The notes under the pieces were generated by a model, which had not been told where the DNA came from, made no database searches, and was given only the letters and a program-made list of their open reading frames with translations. A program made the translations under genes and the position numbers. DNA of 64,000 bases from an uncultured Eubacteriales bacterium (GTDB taxonomy: Bacteria; Bacillota; Clostridia; Oscillospirales; Acutalibacteraceae), in contig CASFBL010000017.1 in assembly GCA_949292775.1 (NCBI GenBank), positions 2,387-66,386 on the forward strand. Reading direction: 5' to 3'. Positions 36,832 through 44,681 of this stretch are shown one piece after another (the first letter of the stretch is position 1; each line of letters opens with the position of its first letter).

Positions 36832-37421
36832 GTATACTCGGCAGTTTATTTTCCACAGCACTGTTTGCCTGCCTGTTTCAAAACTTGATTTTTACAGGGG
36901 CATACGGTGCGGATGAAGCCATCCGCATGGCGGCAAAACCCCGGCAGCTTTTCCCGCTGAGCGCGTTTATTGTCTATCTTTCCACCGTGGTGTCGCTCAT
37001 TTGCGTTTTGCTCGAGCAAAACGCGCGCGTGCGCGCACTCAACACCTATGTTCATGCCGCAATTTTTGTCGGTGTGCTCATTGTGGTGTATCTTATCACC
37101 CTGCTGTTTGTCAAGGTGGTTTTGAAGGTGAAAAAACGCACCGTCCGGCGTTTGGGCGTTGCGGCGTTCAACACGCTGGTGCTCGCGGTGCCGTTTATCA
37201 ACTATCGAGCGGCGTTCGGTATTTATGAAGCTATCGGCGCGGGGCTGGGCGCGGGCATTGCGTTCGTTGTAGCGGTGCTGCTCATCAATTTCGGGCTGCG
37301 CGCCATTGACAAAAACAAGCAGATTCCAGAGGCGTTTAAAGGCACGCCCGCCATTTTTATTTATGTCGCCATTCTCTCCCTTGCCTTTACAGGCATTGTG
37401 GGCAGAGGCATCAATCTGTAA
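36828..37421 (+). CDS. RnfA/NqrE-family membrane protein, divergent
   Basis: The C-terminal AFKGTPAIFIYVAILSLAFTGIVG matches RnfA [24 protein letters not shown]. The N-terminal FQNLIFTGAYG sits where NNFVLVKFLGLCPF is expected. It overlaps the upstream gene by 4 nt (ATGA). Confidence 0.75.
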   Translation: MSILGSLFSTALFACLFQNLIFTGAYGADEAIRMAAKPRQLFPLSAFIVYLSTVVSLICVLLEQNARVRALNTYVHAAIFVGVLIVVYLITLLFVKVVLKVKKRTVRRLGVAAFNTLVLAVPFINYRAAFGIYEAIGAGLGAGIAFVVAVLLINFGLRAIDKNKQIPEAFKGTPAIFIYVAILSLAFTGIVGRGINL

Positions 37422-37448
37422 AGCTAAAGCCGTCAGAAGGAAAAAGCC

Positions 37449-38630
37449 ATGTTTAAAAACGACCGGGACTTAAAGCCCCGCAAAAAAAGCTATTATGCAT
37501 TTTCCAAAAATTATCCGGGCCGCCGCACCGGCACAAAATATGCCATCGGCGAAAGCCGGGCACGGCATAAACGGGAGCGCAACAAAAACATTTTGTTCGG
37601 CGTTTCGCTTTGCTTTCTGTTTGTCGCGGTGTTTTGTGTGGTGTTTATCGCGCTCTCTTTGTCCAAAAAACCTTTGGAGCAGGGCGGAGAGGCCGTGGCG
37701 GTCGAAAACGGGAATTACCATGCTGTTTATATGACGAGCAATGAGCTTTCGGGCGGAATCGCGTTTGACTTGTTCCGGCAAAAGTTGTCTGAAAGCGGCG
37801 CCAACGCAGTTTTGGTCGATTTCAAGACCGATGACGGCGAACTGGTCTTTCCAAGCGCGGTGCAGGCGGCGCAGGATATCGGCGCTTGCACACATACGGT
37901 GGAAAATGCACCGGACACCGTGCGCCAGCTTCAGGAAAAAGGATATGCAGTTATTTTCCGGGTCTCTTGTTTTGAGGATGCGCTCGCGGCCGCCTATCTG
38001 CCCGGCGCAGCCGTGACTGAAGCGGACGGAAAAACCGTTTGGCTTGATGACAGTGCACAGAATAACGGCAGCGGCTGGCTCAATCCATATTCAGATACGG
38101 CCAAGCTGTATCTGCTGCAAATCGTAGAGGATGCAGTTGCGTTCGGCGCGGATATGGTGCTTCTGGACGGGGTCAGCTTCCCCGCCGGACGCTATTTGGA
38201 GCGCGCCGTTTTCCCGGGCGAAGCGGAAAGTACTTTCAGCCGCAACGCCGTGCTGCACGATTTTATTGAGCAGGCAAAGCAGGTGACCGGCGATGTGCCG
38301 CTGGCGGTTTCCATGTCGCTTCCCGCGGCGCTTTCGGGCGATCAGACCTTATACAGCGGTGGGATTTTTGACAGCGCGGCAGATTACGCTGTGGTGGATT
38401 TTCGGCGCAGCACGCTTATAGACGGTGTTGCTTTAGGCGAGACGGCTTACAGCGCAGATATGTCGCAAGAGGCGTTTGTAAACGCCGCCTGCTCGGCGCT
38501 TTCGCTTCGGCTTGATGAAAATTATCGCACAAAAGGGCTTTTACCTGTCACGGACACGGCGGAAGATGTATCTTTGCTGCAAAATGCGGGCATAGATAGA
38601 TATATACAAATTTCAGAAGAACCCGCTTGA
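37449..38630 (+). CDS. Membrane-anchored putative glycoside-hydrolase-like TIM-barrel protein (DUF4015-like)
   Basis: Basic N-terminus and one TM helix. YHAVYMTSNEL...ANAVLVDFKTDDGELVFPS and WLNPYSD...GADMVLLDGVSFP resemble the putative glycosyl hydrolase domain family. Assigned from memory. Confidence 0.55.
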   Translation: MFKNDRDLKPRKKSYYAFSKNYPGRRTGTKYAIGESRARHKRERNKNILFGVSLCFLFVAVFCVVFIALSLSKKPLEQGGEAVAVENGNYHAVYMTSNELSGGIAFDLFRQKLSESGANAVLVDFKTDDGELVFPSAVQAAQDIGACTHTVENAPDTVRQLQEKGYAVIFRVSCFEDALAAAYLPGAAVTEADGKTVWLDDSAQNNGSGWLNPYSDTAKLYLLQIVEDAVAFGADMVLLDGVSFPAGRYLERAVFPGEAESTFSRNAVLHDFIEQAKQVTGDVPLAVSMSLPAALSGDQTLYSGGIFDSAADYAVVDFRRSTLIDGVALGETAYSADMSQEAFVNAACSALSLRLDENYRTKGLLPVTDTAEDVSLLQNAGIDRYIQISEEPA

Positions 38631-38655
38631 CAAGTGTTCATTATTGTGCTACACT
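38626..38655 (+). promoter_or_regulatory. Candidate sigma-A promoter of the riboswitch-ATPase unit
   Basis: TTGACA, 18 nt spacer, TACACT. Confidence 0.5.
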
Positions 38656-38675
38656 GAACGATAATGAAAATATTT

Positions 38676-38762
38676 CCTGAAGGGGAGTAGCTTTTACCCG
38701 ACTGTCAACATCGTGCCGTTTGGCTGGCAGGCGAGCCTGTTTTCAGGTAGCAAGACCTTCGG
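38676..38762 (+). promoter_or_regulatory. yybP-ykoY (Mn2+) riboswitch aptamer
   Basis: The conserved blocks GAAGGGGAGTAGC, GTCAACAT, TTTGGC and GTAGCAAGACCTTC occur in the order and spacing of the yybP-ykoY motif. The P1 helix pairs GAAGG with CCTTC. Confidence 0.8.
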
Positions 38763-38796
38763 CGGGCTTTTTAGCTTCGCCGAAGGCTTTTTTTCT
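38756..38796 (+). terminator. Riboswitch expression-platform terminator
   Basis: CCTTCGGCG-14 nt-CGCCGAAGG followed by CTTTTTTT. Its 5' arm shares CCTTC with the 3' strand of aptamer P1, so the two folds are mutually exclusive. Confidence 0.7.
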
Positions 38797-38838
38797 TAAT
38801 CGGCACATGAAATAATCCAATTTTTTGGAGGTATCAAC

Positions 38839-41470
38839 ATGAAACAGTATCTGCAATCCGCAGAGGAGGTCTTCAAAGCGGTGCAAAGCTCTCCGCAGGG
38901 CCTTTCTACGGCGGAAGCGGAAAAAAGGCTTTTGGAAAACGGCAAAAACAAGCTGGAAGAGGGTAAGAAAAAATCCCTTGCCCGCCGGTTGTTTGAACAG
39001 TTCACCGACCCCATGATTCTGATTTTGATCGCGGCAGCAATCATTTCTGCCGTGACTGCTGTCATGGAAAAAGAATTCCCCGCCGATGTCATCATCATTT
39101 TGGTGGTGGTTGTCATCAACGCTGTGCTCGGCGTCTATCAGGAAAGCAAAGCCGAAAAAGCGATTGAGGCCTTGCAGGAAATGGCGGCGGCAACTTCCAA
39201 AGTGCTTCGTGACGGCGATGTCGTCGAGATTCACAGTGAAGACCTGACCGTCGGCGATGTGATTTTGCTCGAAGCAGGCGATGCTGTGCCGGCAGACGCG
39301 CGTATCATTGAAAGCGCAAGCCTGAAAATTGAAGAGGCGGCGCTCACGGGCGAATCCGTCCCCGTCAACAAGTTTATCGACGCCATTTCGTTGGGCGACA
39401 AAAAGGATGTGCCCCTGGGCGACCGCAAAAACATGATGTATATGGGTTCGTCGGTCGTTTACGGCCGTGGGCGCGCGGTGGTCACGGGCGTGGGCATGAA
39501 CACCGAAATGGGCAAAATCGCCGGGGCGCTCGCCGCGGCAGCAGCTTTCTAAAATTTTGAGCTTCCTGGTGCTCGGCATTTGTGTGTTTATGTTCATTTT
39601 CGGCATCGTCCGGCAGTATATCACCGGCGGAACGCCCGATTTTAATTTCCTGCTTGACACCTTTATGCTCGCCGTTTCGCTGGCGGTTGCCGCCATTCCC
39701 GAAGGGCTTGCAGCTGTTGTGACGGTGGTGCTTTCCATCGGCGTGACCAACATGTCTAAGAAAAATGCGATTATCCGCCGCCTGACTGCGGTGGAAACGC
39801 TCGGCTGTGCGCAGATTATCTGCTCAGATAAGACCGGCACGCTCACACAAAATAAAATGACCGTTGTGGAGCATTACGGCGATAATGAAATGCTGCTCGC
39901 CAAAGGCATGGCGCTTTGCACCGATGTCAATATTGACCACAGCGGCAATTTGGTCGGCGAGCCTACGGAGGCGGCGTTGGTTGCCTATGCATTAAGCTTG
40001 GGGCTGAATAAGAACGACATGCTCAAAGCCGCGCCCCGCGTGGCGGAAGCGCCGTTTGACTCCATGCGCAAAATGATGACAACGGTGCACAAAACGGCTG
40101 ACGGCATTTTGCAGTTCACCAAAGGCGCGCCGGATGAAATTTTGAAAAACTGCACCCATATTTTGAAAAACGGTGAACCGGTCGAAATCACGCAGGCGGA
40201 CCGCGACGCCATTATGGCGCAGAACAAAGCCTATGCTGACCGCGCGCTGCGCGTGCTGGCCTGCAGCTTCCGCACGCTGGACGAAGTTCCGGCGGACCAA
40301 AGCCCCGAAGCGCTTGAGCACGACCTTGTCTTTATCGGTCTTACCGGCATGATTGACCCGGTGCGTCCCGAAGTGAAGGCGGCAATCGAGGAATGCCGCA
40401 CCTCCGGTATTCGTCCGATCATGATTACCGGCGACCACAAAGACACGGCAGTGGCAATCGCCATGGAGCTTGGCATTATCACCAGCCCCTCTGAAGCCAT
40501 CACCGGTGCGGAGCTCGATGAAATCTCTGACGAGGAATTTAAAGACGCTGTTGAAAAGTATTCGGTTTATGCGCGTGTGCAGCCCGAGCACAAGGTCCGC
40601 ATTGTCAACGCTTGGCGTGCGCGCGGCAAGATTACCGCAATGACCGGCGACGGCGTCAACGACGCACCCTCCATTAAGAGCGCTGACATCGGCGTGGGCA
40701 TGGGCATCACGGGTACCGATGTTACCAAAAATGTGGCGGATATGGTGCTTGCCGACGACAACTTTGCCACAATCGTAACCGCGGTGGAAGAAGGCCGCCG
40801 CATTTACGACAACATCCGCAAATCGATTCAGTTCCTGCTCGCTTCCAACTTAAGCGAAGTCATGTCGATTTTCTTCGCAAACATTTTGGGCTTCACCATT
40901 TTGAAGCCGGTGCACCTGTTGTGGATTAACCTTGTGACGGACAGCTTCCCGGCACTTGCGCTGAGCATGGAAAAAGGCGAGAAAAACATTATGAAACGCC
41001 CGCCCAGAAAGTCAACGGACGGTATTTTCGCCGGCGGTGTCGGCGGGGACATTGCTTATCAGGGCTTCTTAGTCACGCTTTTGACCCTTGCGGCATATTT
41101 CATAGGTCACTTTATTGAGTCCGGCCGTTGGGAAATCGTTGACAGCCCGGACGGCATGACCATGGCATTCCTGACTATGTCCATGTGCGAGATTTTCCAC
41201 TCGCTCAATATGCGCTCGCAGCGCGGTTCTATCATTAAAATGGCATTCCAGGGCAGCCACAATAAATATTTGGCTTTGTCCACGATTGCGTCGTTTGTGA
41301 CGACCACCGCGGTCATCTATGTTCCGGGGCTTAACGATGCGTTCGGCTTCGAGCATATCGACCTTCAGGAATATGTAATCGCGCTGGCACTCGCGTTTGC
41401 GATTATCCCGCTTGTGGAAATCATCAAAGCGTTTGAGCGGCTGTATGCGAAGCGCAAAAAGAAAAAATAA
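38839..41470 (+). pseudogene. P2-type cation-transporting P-type ATPase (Ca2+/Mn2+ type) split by a frameshift near 39526-39552
   Basis: ORF1 (38839-39552) covers the N-terminus, M1-M2 and the A domain. ORF2 (39557-41470) carries DKTGTLT, TGDHKDTA, MTGDGVNDAPS and M5-M10. Frame +1 reads QQLSKILSFLVLG across the stop. The usual TPLQ segment before M3 is missing. Confidence 0.6.
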
Positions 41471-41510
41471 AACGCAAAAAATAAAAAGCACGGCGGCGCG
41501 GGCTGCCGCG

Positions 41511-41613
41511 CGACAAATTCGCGCAGGCAGAGGAATTTTGTCAAAGGTTTCTTGCCCGGCAACGGCTTTGATAAAATTTTATATAATGTAGGGGCGGGGT
41601 TCCATCCCCGCCC
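41511..41613. repeat. Modular intergenic repeat M1-M2-M3
   Basis: CGACAAATTCGCGCAGGCAGAGG ... TTGCCCGGCAACGGCTTTG ... TGTAGGGGCGGGGTTCCATCCCCGCCCG. Confidence 0.7.
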
Positions 41614-41673
41614 GAATTATTGCAAACCATTTCTTTTAGCTTTGCTTCCGTATTAACAATAGAGGAACAGAAA

Positions 41674-42126
41674 ATGGAAATTGAAATTAAAAAATGTGAA
41701 TGGAACGACAATAGCATAGATGCAGTTGTTGAGCTGTCTCGAAAATGGGAAAGCGAAGACGCAACCTTTGGATATTGTGCGAACGACCAAAATGATTTAA
41801 TCGGAAGCGATTTGGTTGCCGCATATTTGGGTGATGAAATGGTCGGTTATTTATTCGGCAAATGCATCGTGCTCCAAGAAGCAATTGCGCCGATTGAAAA
41901 GGGTAAGAAATGTTTTGAAATCGGCGAAATTTATGTAACAGAGAAATACCGTTCAAAGGGTATAGGACAGGCACTTTTTAAATTTATCGAGAATTACTAT
42001 AAGCAAAAAGCGGATTATATTACACTTTCTACGGCGACGAAAAATTATAAAAGTATTCTGCATTTTTATATTGAAAAAATGGGTATGACCTTTTGGTCTG
42101 CAAAGTTATTTAAGGAAATAAAATAA
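41674..42126 (+). CDS. GNAT-family N-acetyltransferase (AT-rich gene)
   Basis: Start MEIEIKK follows AGAGGAAC. YVTEKYRSKGIGQALF is an acetyl-CoA-binding Q/RxxGxG/A-type motif. Base composition is visibly AT-rich relative to the flanks. Confidence 0.75.
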   Translation: MEIEIKKCEWNDNSIDAVVELSRKWESEDATFGYCANDQNDLIGSDLVAAYLGDEMVGYLFGKCIVLQEAIAPIEKGKKCFEIGEIYVTEKYRSKGIGQALFKFIENYYKQKADYITLSTATKNYKSILHFYIEKMGMTFWSAKLFKEIK

Positions 42127-42161
42127 CAGTTTGGAGAAAACAAAGCACTGAATTTGTAAAA

Positions 42162-42200
42162 ACACGCACCGCAGGGACAGTCTGTCCCTGCGGTGCGTGT
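42162..42200 (+). terminator. Perfect 19-bp inverted repeat after the GNAT gene
   Basis: ACACGCACCGCAGGGACAG-T-CTGTCCCTGCGGTGCGTGT followed by a T-rich stretch. Related shorter hairpins accompany other type C repeats. Confidence 0.55.
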
Positions 42201-42207
42201 TGTGTGT

Positions 42208-42356
42208 TCTTTCTCCCAGTCGCACGATGTGCGCCGGCCCCCTCGTTAGAGGGGGCACGGGCTTTATGTGTAAAAAAACACAACGATTTGCAAATCTGCA
42301 CTTTTTTCCTCCCTCTGACGAGGGAGGTGGCTTTTGCCTGTAGAGGGAGAGAAAAG
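42208..42356. repeat. Composite intergenic repeat (type C), + orientation
   Basis: TTCTTTCTCCCAGTCGCACGATGTGCGCC...CCCCTCGTTAGAGGGGG...CCTCCCTCTGACGAGGGAGG...GAGGGAGAGAAAAG. Confidence 0.7.
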
Positions 42357-42376
42357 TGAGCGCCGGTATGCCGCAA

Positions 42377-42736
42377 TTATTTTTGATATTTTTCGGGCAG
42401 GATTTCAATATCGCTTATCATATCGCCGTTTAAAAGCCTGCTTTTCCCTTTTTCATCCACTTTTATCCAGTTTTCCTCAGTTGCTTCAATTTTTGCAGTG
42501 ATGCTGCTGCTTGTATTAAACATTGTGATGGAACATACCTTTCCGATAAAATCTTTCATGAGTCCGGCTGGCAGCATTCTGGGTTCTCCTTTCTTTTTTC
42601 GGTTGATTAAATTCAAATACAGTTTGTTTCGGTTGCGTGTAGGGATGATAATTACAAACACAATAATAAGTAACCATATAATCCAAAGGCTGCTGTTGAT
42701 AATGATCACCCGCTTTCCAACTTTATTTGAGGGCAT
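42377..42736 (-). CDS. Hypothetical small membrane protein (AT-rich gene)
   Basis: The start is placed at MPSNKVGKR. It has one TM helix (LWIIWLLIIVFVIII) and a ~65 aa soluble C-terminal domain. The longer 212-aa tracked ORF runs into repeat sequence and is rejected. Confidence 0.45.
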   Translation of the reverse strand: MPSNKVGKRVIIINSSLWIIWLLIIVFVIIIPTRNRNKLYLNLINRKKKGEPRMLPAGLMKDFIGKVCSITMFNTSSSITAKIEATEENWIKVDEKGKSRLLNGDMISDIEILPEKYQK

Positions 42737-42829
42737 TATAGCATACGATTGAAATATAATGCAAGACAAAGCTATGATGCCATAGTCGCCGTGCAGCAAA
42801 TACGCGCGCAGCGGGATTTTATCAAAGTT

Positions 42830-42962
42830 TCCTCGCCCGGCAACGGTTCGGATAAAATCTCCTGCGAGTTGCAAATTTGCACTTTTGAACTTTCTTTTCC
42901 TCCCTCTGACGAGGGAGGGGGCTTTTGCCGCAGGCAAAAGCCGGAGGGAGAGAAAAGTTGCC
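42830..42962. repeat. M2 module fused to the right half of a type C repeat
   Basis: CTCGCCCGGCAACGGTTCGG ... TTTTCCTCCCTCTGACGAGGGAGGGGGCTTTTGCCGCAGGCAAAAGCCGGAGGGAGAGAAAAG. Confidence 0.65.
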
Positions 42963-42974
42963 TGTCCGTTTAAA

Positions 42975-43022
42975 AGACAACAAAAAGCAAAAAGAACCCC
43001 CCGTGTGCTTTGCACGCGGGGG
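42975..43022 (-). terminator. Candidate terminator after tRNA-Cys
   Basis: Hairpin CCCCCGCGTGC-AAA-GCACACGGGGGG on the minus strand, followed by TTCTTTTTGCTTTTTG. Confidence 0.45.
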
Positions 43023-43028
43023 TTTTAC

Positions 43029-43102
43029 TGGAGGCGACACCCAGATTTGAACTGGGGATCAGGGTTTTGCAGACCCATGCCTTACCACTTGGCTATGTCG
43101 CC
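43029..43102 (-). tRNA. tRNA-Cys (GCA), CCA encoded
   Basis: GGCGACATAGCCAAGTGGTAAGGCATGGGTCTGCAAAACCCTGATCCCCAGTTCAAATCTGGGTGTCGCCTCCA folds as a cloverleaf with anticodon loop CTGCAAA. Confidence 0.93.
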
Positions 43103-43119
43103 GGATTTGTGTCACTGGT

Positions 43120-43157
43120 GTAAAAAAGGACGCTTAAAAAGGTTTTAAGCGTCCTTT
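43120..43157 (-). terminator. Rho-independent-type terminator between tRNA-Gly and tRNA-Cys
   Basis: A 14-bp stem (AAGGACGCTTAAAA with TTTTAAGCGTCCTT) and a 3-nt loop. On the minus strand it is followed by TTTTTTA. Confidence 0.55.
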
Positions 43158-43158
43158 G

Positions 43159-43234
43159 TGGAGCGGATGACGAGGCTCGAACTCGCTACCTCCACCTTGG
43201 CAAGGTGGCGCTCTACCGGATGAGCTACATCCGC
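43159..43234 (-). tRNA. tRNA-Gly (GCC), CCA encoded
   Basis: GCGGATGTAGCTCATCCGGTAGAGCGCCACCTTGCCAAGGTGGAGGTAGCGAGTTCGAGCCTCGTCATCCGCTCCA. All four arms pair. Confidence 0.95.
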
Positions 43235-43241
43235 ATAAAAA

Positions 43242-43317
<76 letters not shown>

Positions 43318-43322
43318 AAATG

Positions 43323-43395
43323 TGGCGACCCGGAACGGGGAACCTGTGACCCTCTGCTTGTAAGGCAGATGCTCTCCCAGCTGAGCTATGCTCCC
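43323..43395 (-). tRNA. tRNA-Val (UAC)-like sequence with an aberrant 3' third (possible pseudo-tRNA)
   Basis: GGGAGCATAGCTCAGCTGGGAGAGCATCTGCCTTACAAGCAGAGGGTC gives a normal acceptor 5' strand, D arm and anticodon arm. The following ACAGGTTCCCCGTTCCGGGTCGCCA forms neither a T stem nor a complement to GGGAGCA. Confidence 0.45.
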
Positions 43396-43426
43396 GAACT
43401 GCCGCCCTTCATTTGACGGCTGAATA

Positions 43427-43455
43427 AGAATATCACAAAATACGCTTTCTGTCAA
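43427..43455 (-). promoter_or_regulatory. Candidate sigma-A promoter of the tRNA operon
   Basis: On the minus strand: TTGACA, 17 nt spacer, TATTCT, about 30 nt upstream of the Val-like tRNA. Confidence 0.6.
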
Positions 43456-43625
43456 CCGAATTTTGAAAAAAATCTAAAAAATTTTTCGACTTTTTTGAAA
43501 GCACAACATCTTGTGTCCATCTATTTCCTGCATACATTTTTCTGCTGTTTGCCTGTTTACTTTTCAAGTTTAATGTGCTAAAATGCATGGTAGAGATTTA
43601 TGAAAAAGAGACGGAGGTCTATAGG

Positions 43626-43934
43626 ATGAACAACAGCAAAATCAAAAGCGACAACATGGACTTTTTGTTTCAGTGTATATTGTCTTTGCAGTCTATGGAG
43701 GAGTGCTATGACTTCTTTGAGGACCTTTGCACGGTAAACGAGTTACAGGCGATTTCCCAGCGCATCGTGGTGGCAAAAATGCTTTCCGAAAAGCGGGTCT
43801 ATTCCGACATCGTCCGCGAGACCGGCGCTTCCACCGCGACCATAAGCCGCGTCAACCGTTCTTTGCAGTTCGGCTGCAACGGCTATGAAAAATTGTTCGC
43901 CCGCGTGGCCGAAAAGGAAAAAAGTGCGCAATGA
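43626..43934 (+). CDS. YerC/YecD (TrpR-related) family protein
   Basis: Start MNNSKIK follows GGAGG. CTVNELQAISQRIVVAKML...ETGASTATISRVNRSL is typical of the family. Confidence 0.8.
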   Translation: MNNSKIKSDNMDFLFQCILSLQSMEECYDFFEDLCTVNELQAISQRIVVAKMLSEKRVYSDIVRETGASTATISRVNRSLQFGCNGYEKLFARVAEKEKSAQ

Positions 43935-44677
43935 GCTACGGCGTTTTTTCAGAATTTTATGACGCGCTGACGGCGAATGTGTCTTATGACACGGTGGCGC
44001 AAGTCCTCGGCTCTCTGCTGACCCGCTACGGTAAAGGCAGGGGGCTTTTGTTGGATTTGGCGTGCGGCACGGGGTCGGTTTCCGTGCGGCTGGCCGAAAA
44101 AGGCTATGAGGTCATCGGCGTGGATTTGTCGCCCGAAATGCTTTCGGAAGCGCAGAACAAGGCGTACAAGAACGGGCAAAACATTTTGTTTTTGTGCCAG
44201 GACATGACAAAGCTTGATTTATACGGCACTGTGGACGCGGCAGTTTGCACGCTCGACGGGCTTTGCCACCTGCCGGACGAAGAAAGCGTTTCGGCGGCAC
44301 TCGGAAAAGTTTCGCTGTTTATGAATCCCGGCGGTGTGTTTTTGTTTGATGTCAATTCTGTTTACAAGCACCGCGCGGTTTTGGGGAATAATACCTTTGT
44401 GTACGATACAGACGAAGTGTACTGCGTGTGGCAAAACACTTTGCTTTCCGACGGCGTAACGGTGCAAATGGATTTGGATTTTTTTGAGCCGGTTTCCGAC
44501 GAGGGCGACTATGTGCGGCAAAGCGAACGCTTTACCGAGCGCGCTTATCCGAGAGAGGCCCTTGAAGCAATGCTCCAAAAAGCTGGATTTACCGTGCTCG
44601 GCGTTTTCGACGGGTATACGGAAAACCCGGCGCATGACACGAGCGAACGGCTGCTTTATGCAGTCAGAAAGGATTAA
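43931..44677 (+). CDS. Class I SAM-dependent methyltransferase
   Basis: LLDLACGTGSVS (motif I) and VIGVDLSPEML. It overlaps the upstream gene by 4 nt. Confidence 0.8.
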   Translation: MSYGVFSEFYDALTANVSYDTVAQVLGSLLTRYGKGRGLLLDLACGTGSVSVRLAEKGYEVIGVDLSPEMLSEAQNKAYKNGQNILFLCQDMTKLDLYGTVDAAVCTLDGLCHLPDEESVSAALGKVSLFMNPGGVFLFDVNSVYKHRAVLGNNTFVYDTDEVYCVWQNTLLSDGVTVQMDLDFFEPVSDEGDYVRQSERFTERAYPREALEAMLQKAGFTVLGVFDGYTENPAHDTSERLLYAVRKD

Positions 44678-44681
44678 AATC

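Noticed and set aside
42737-43015. The N-terminal 93 codons of the tracked 212-aa ORF 42377-43015 (-).
   Set aside because: This part translates the M2 and type C repeats and the tRNA-Cys terminator. Only the AT-rich distal 119 codons look like a gene.
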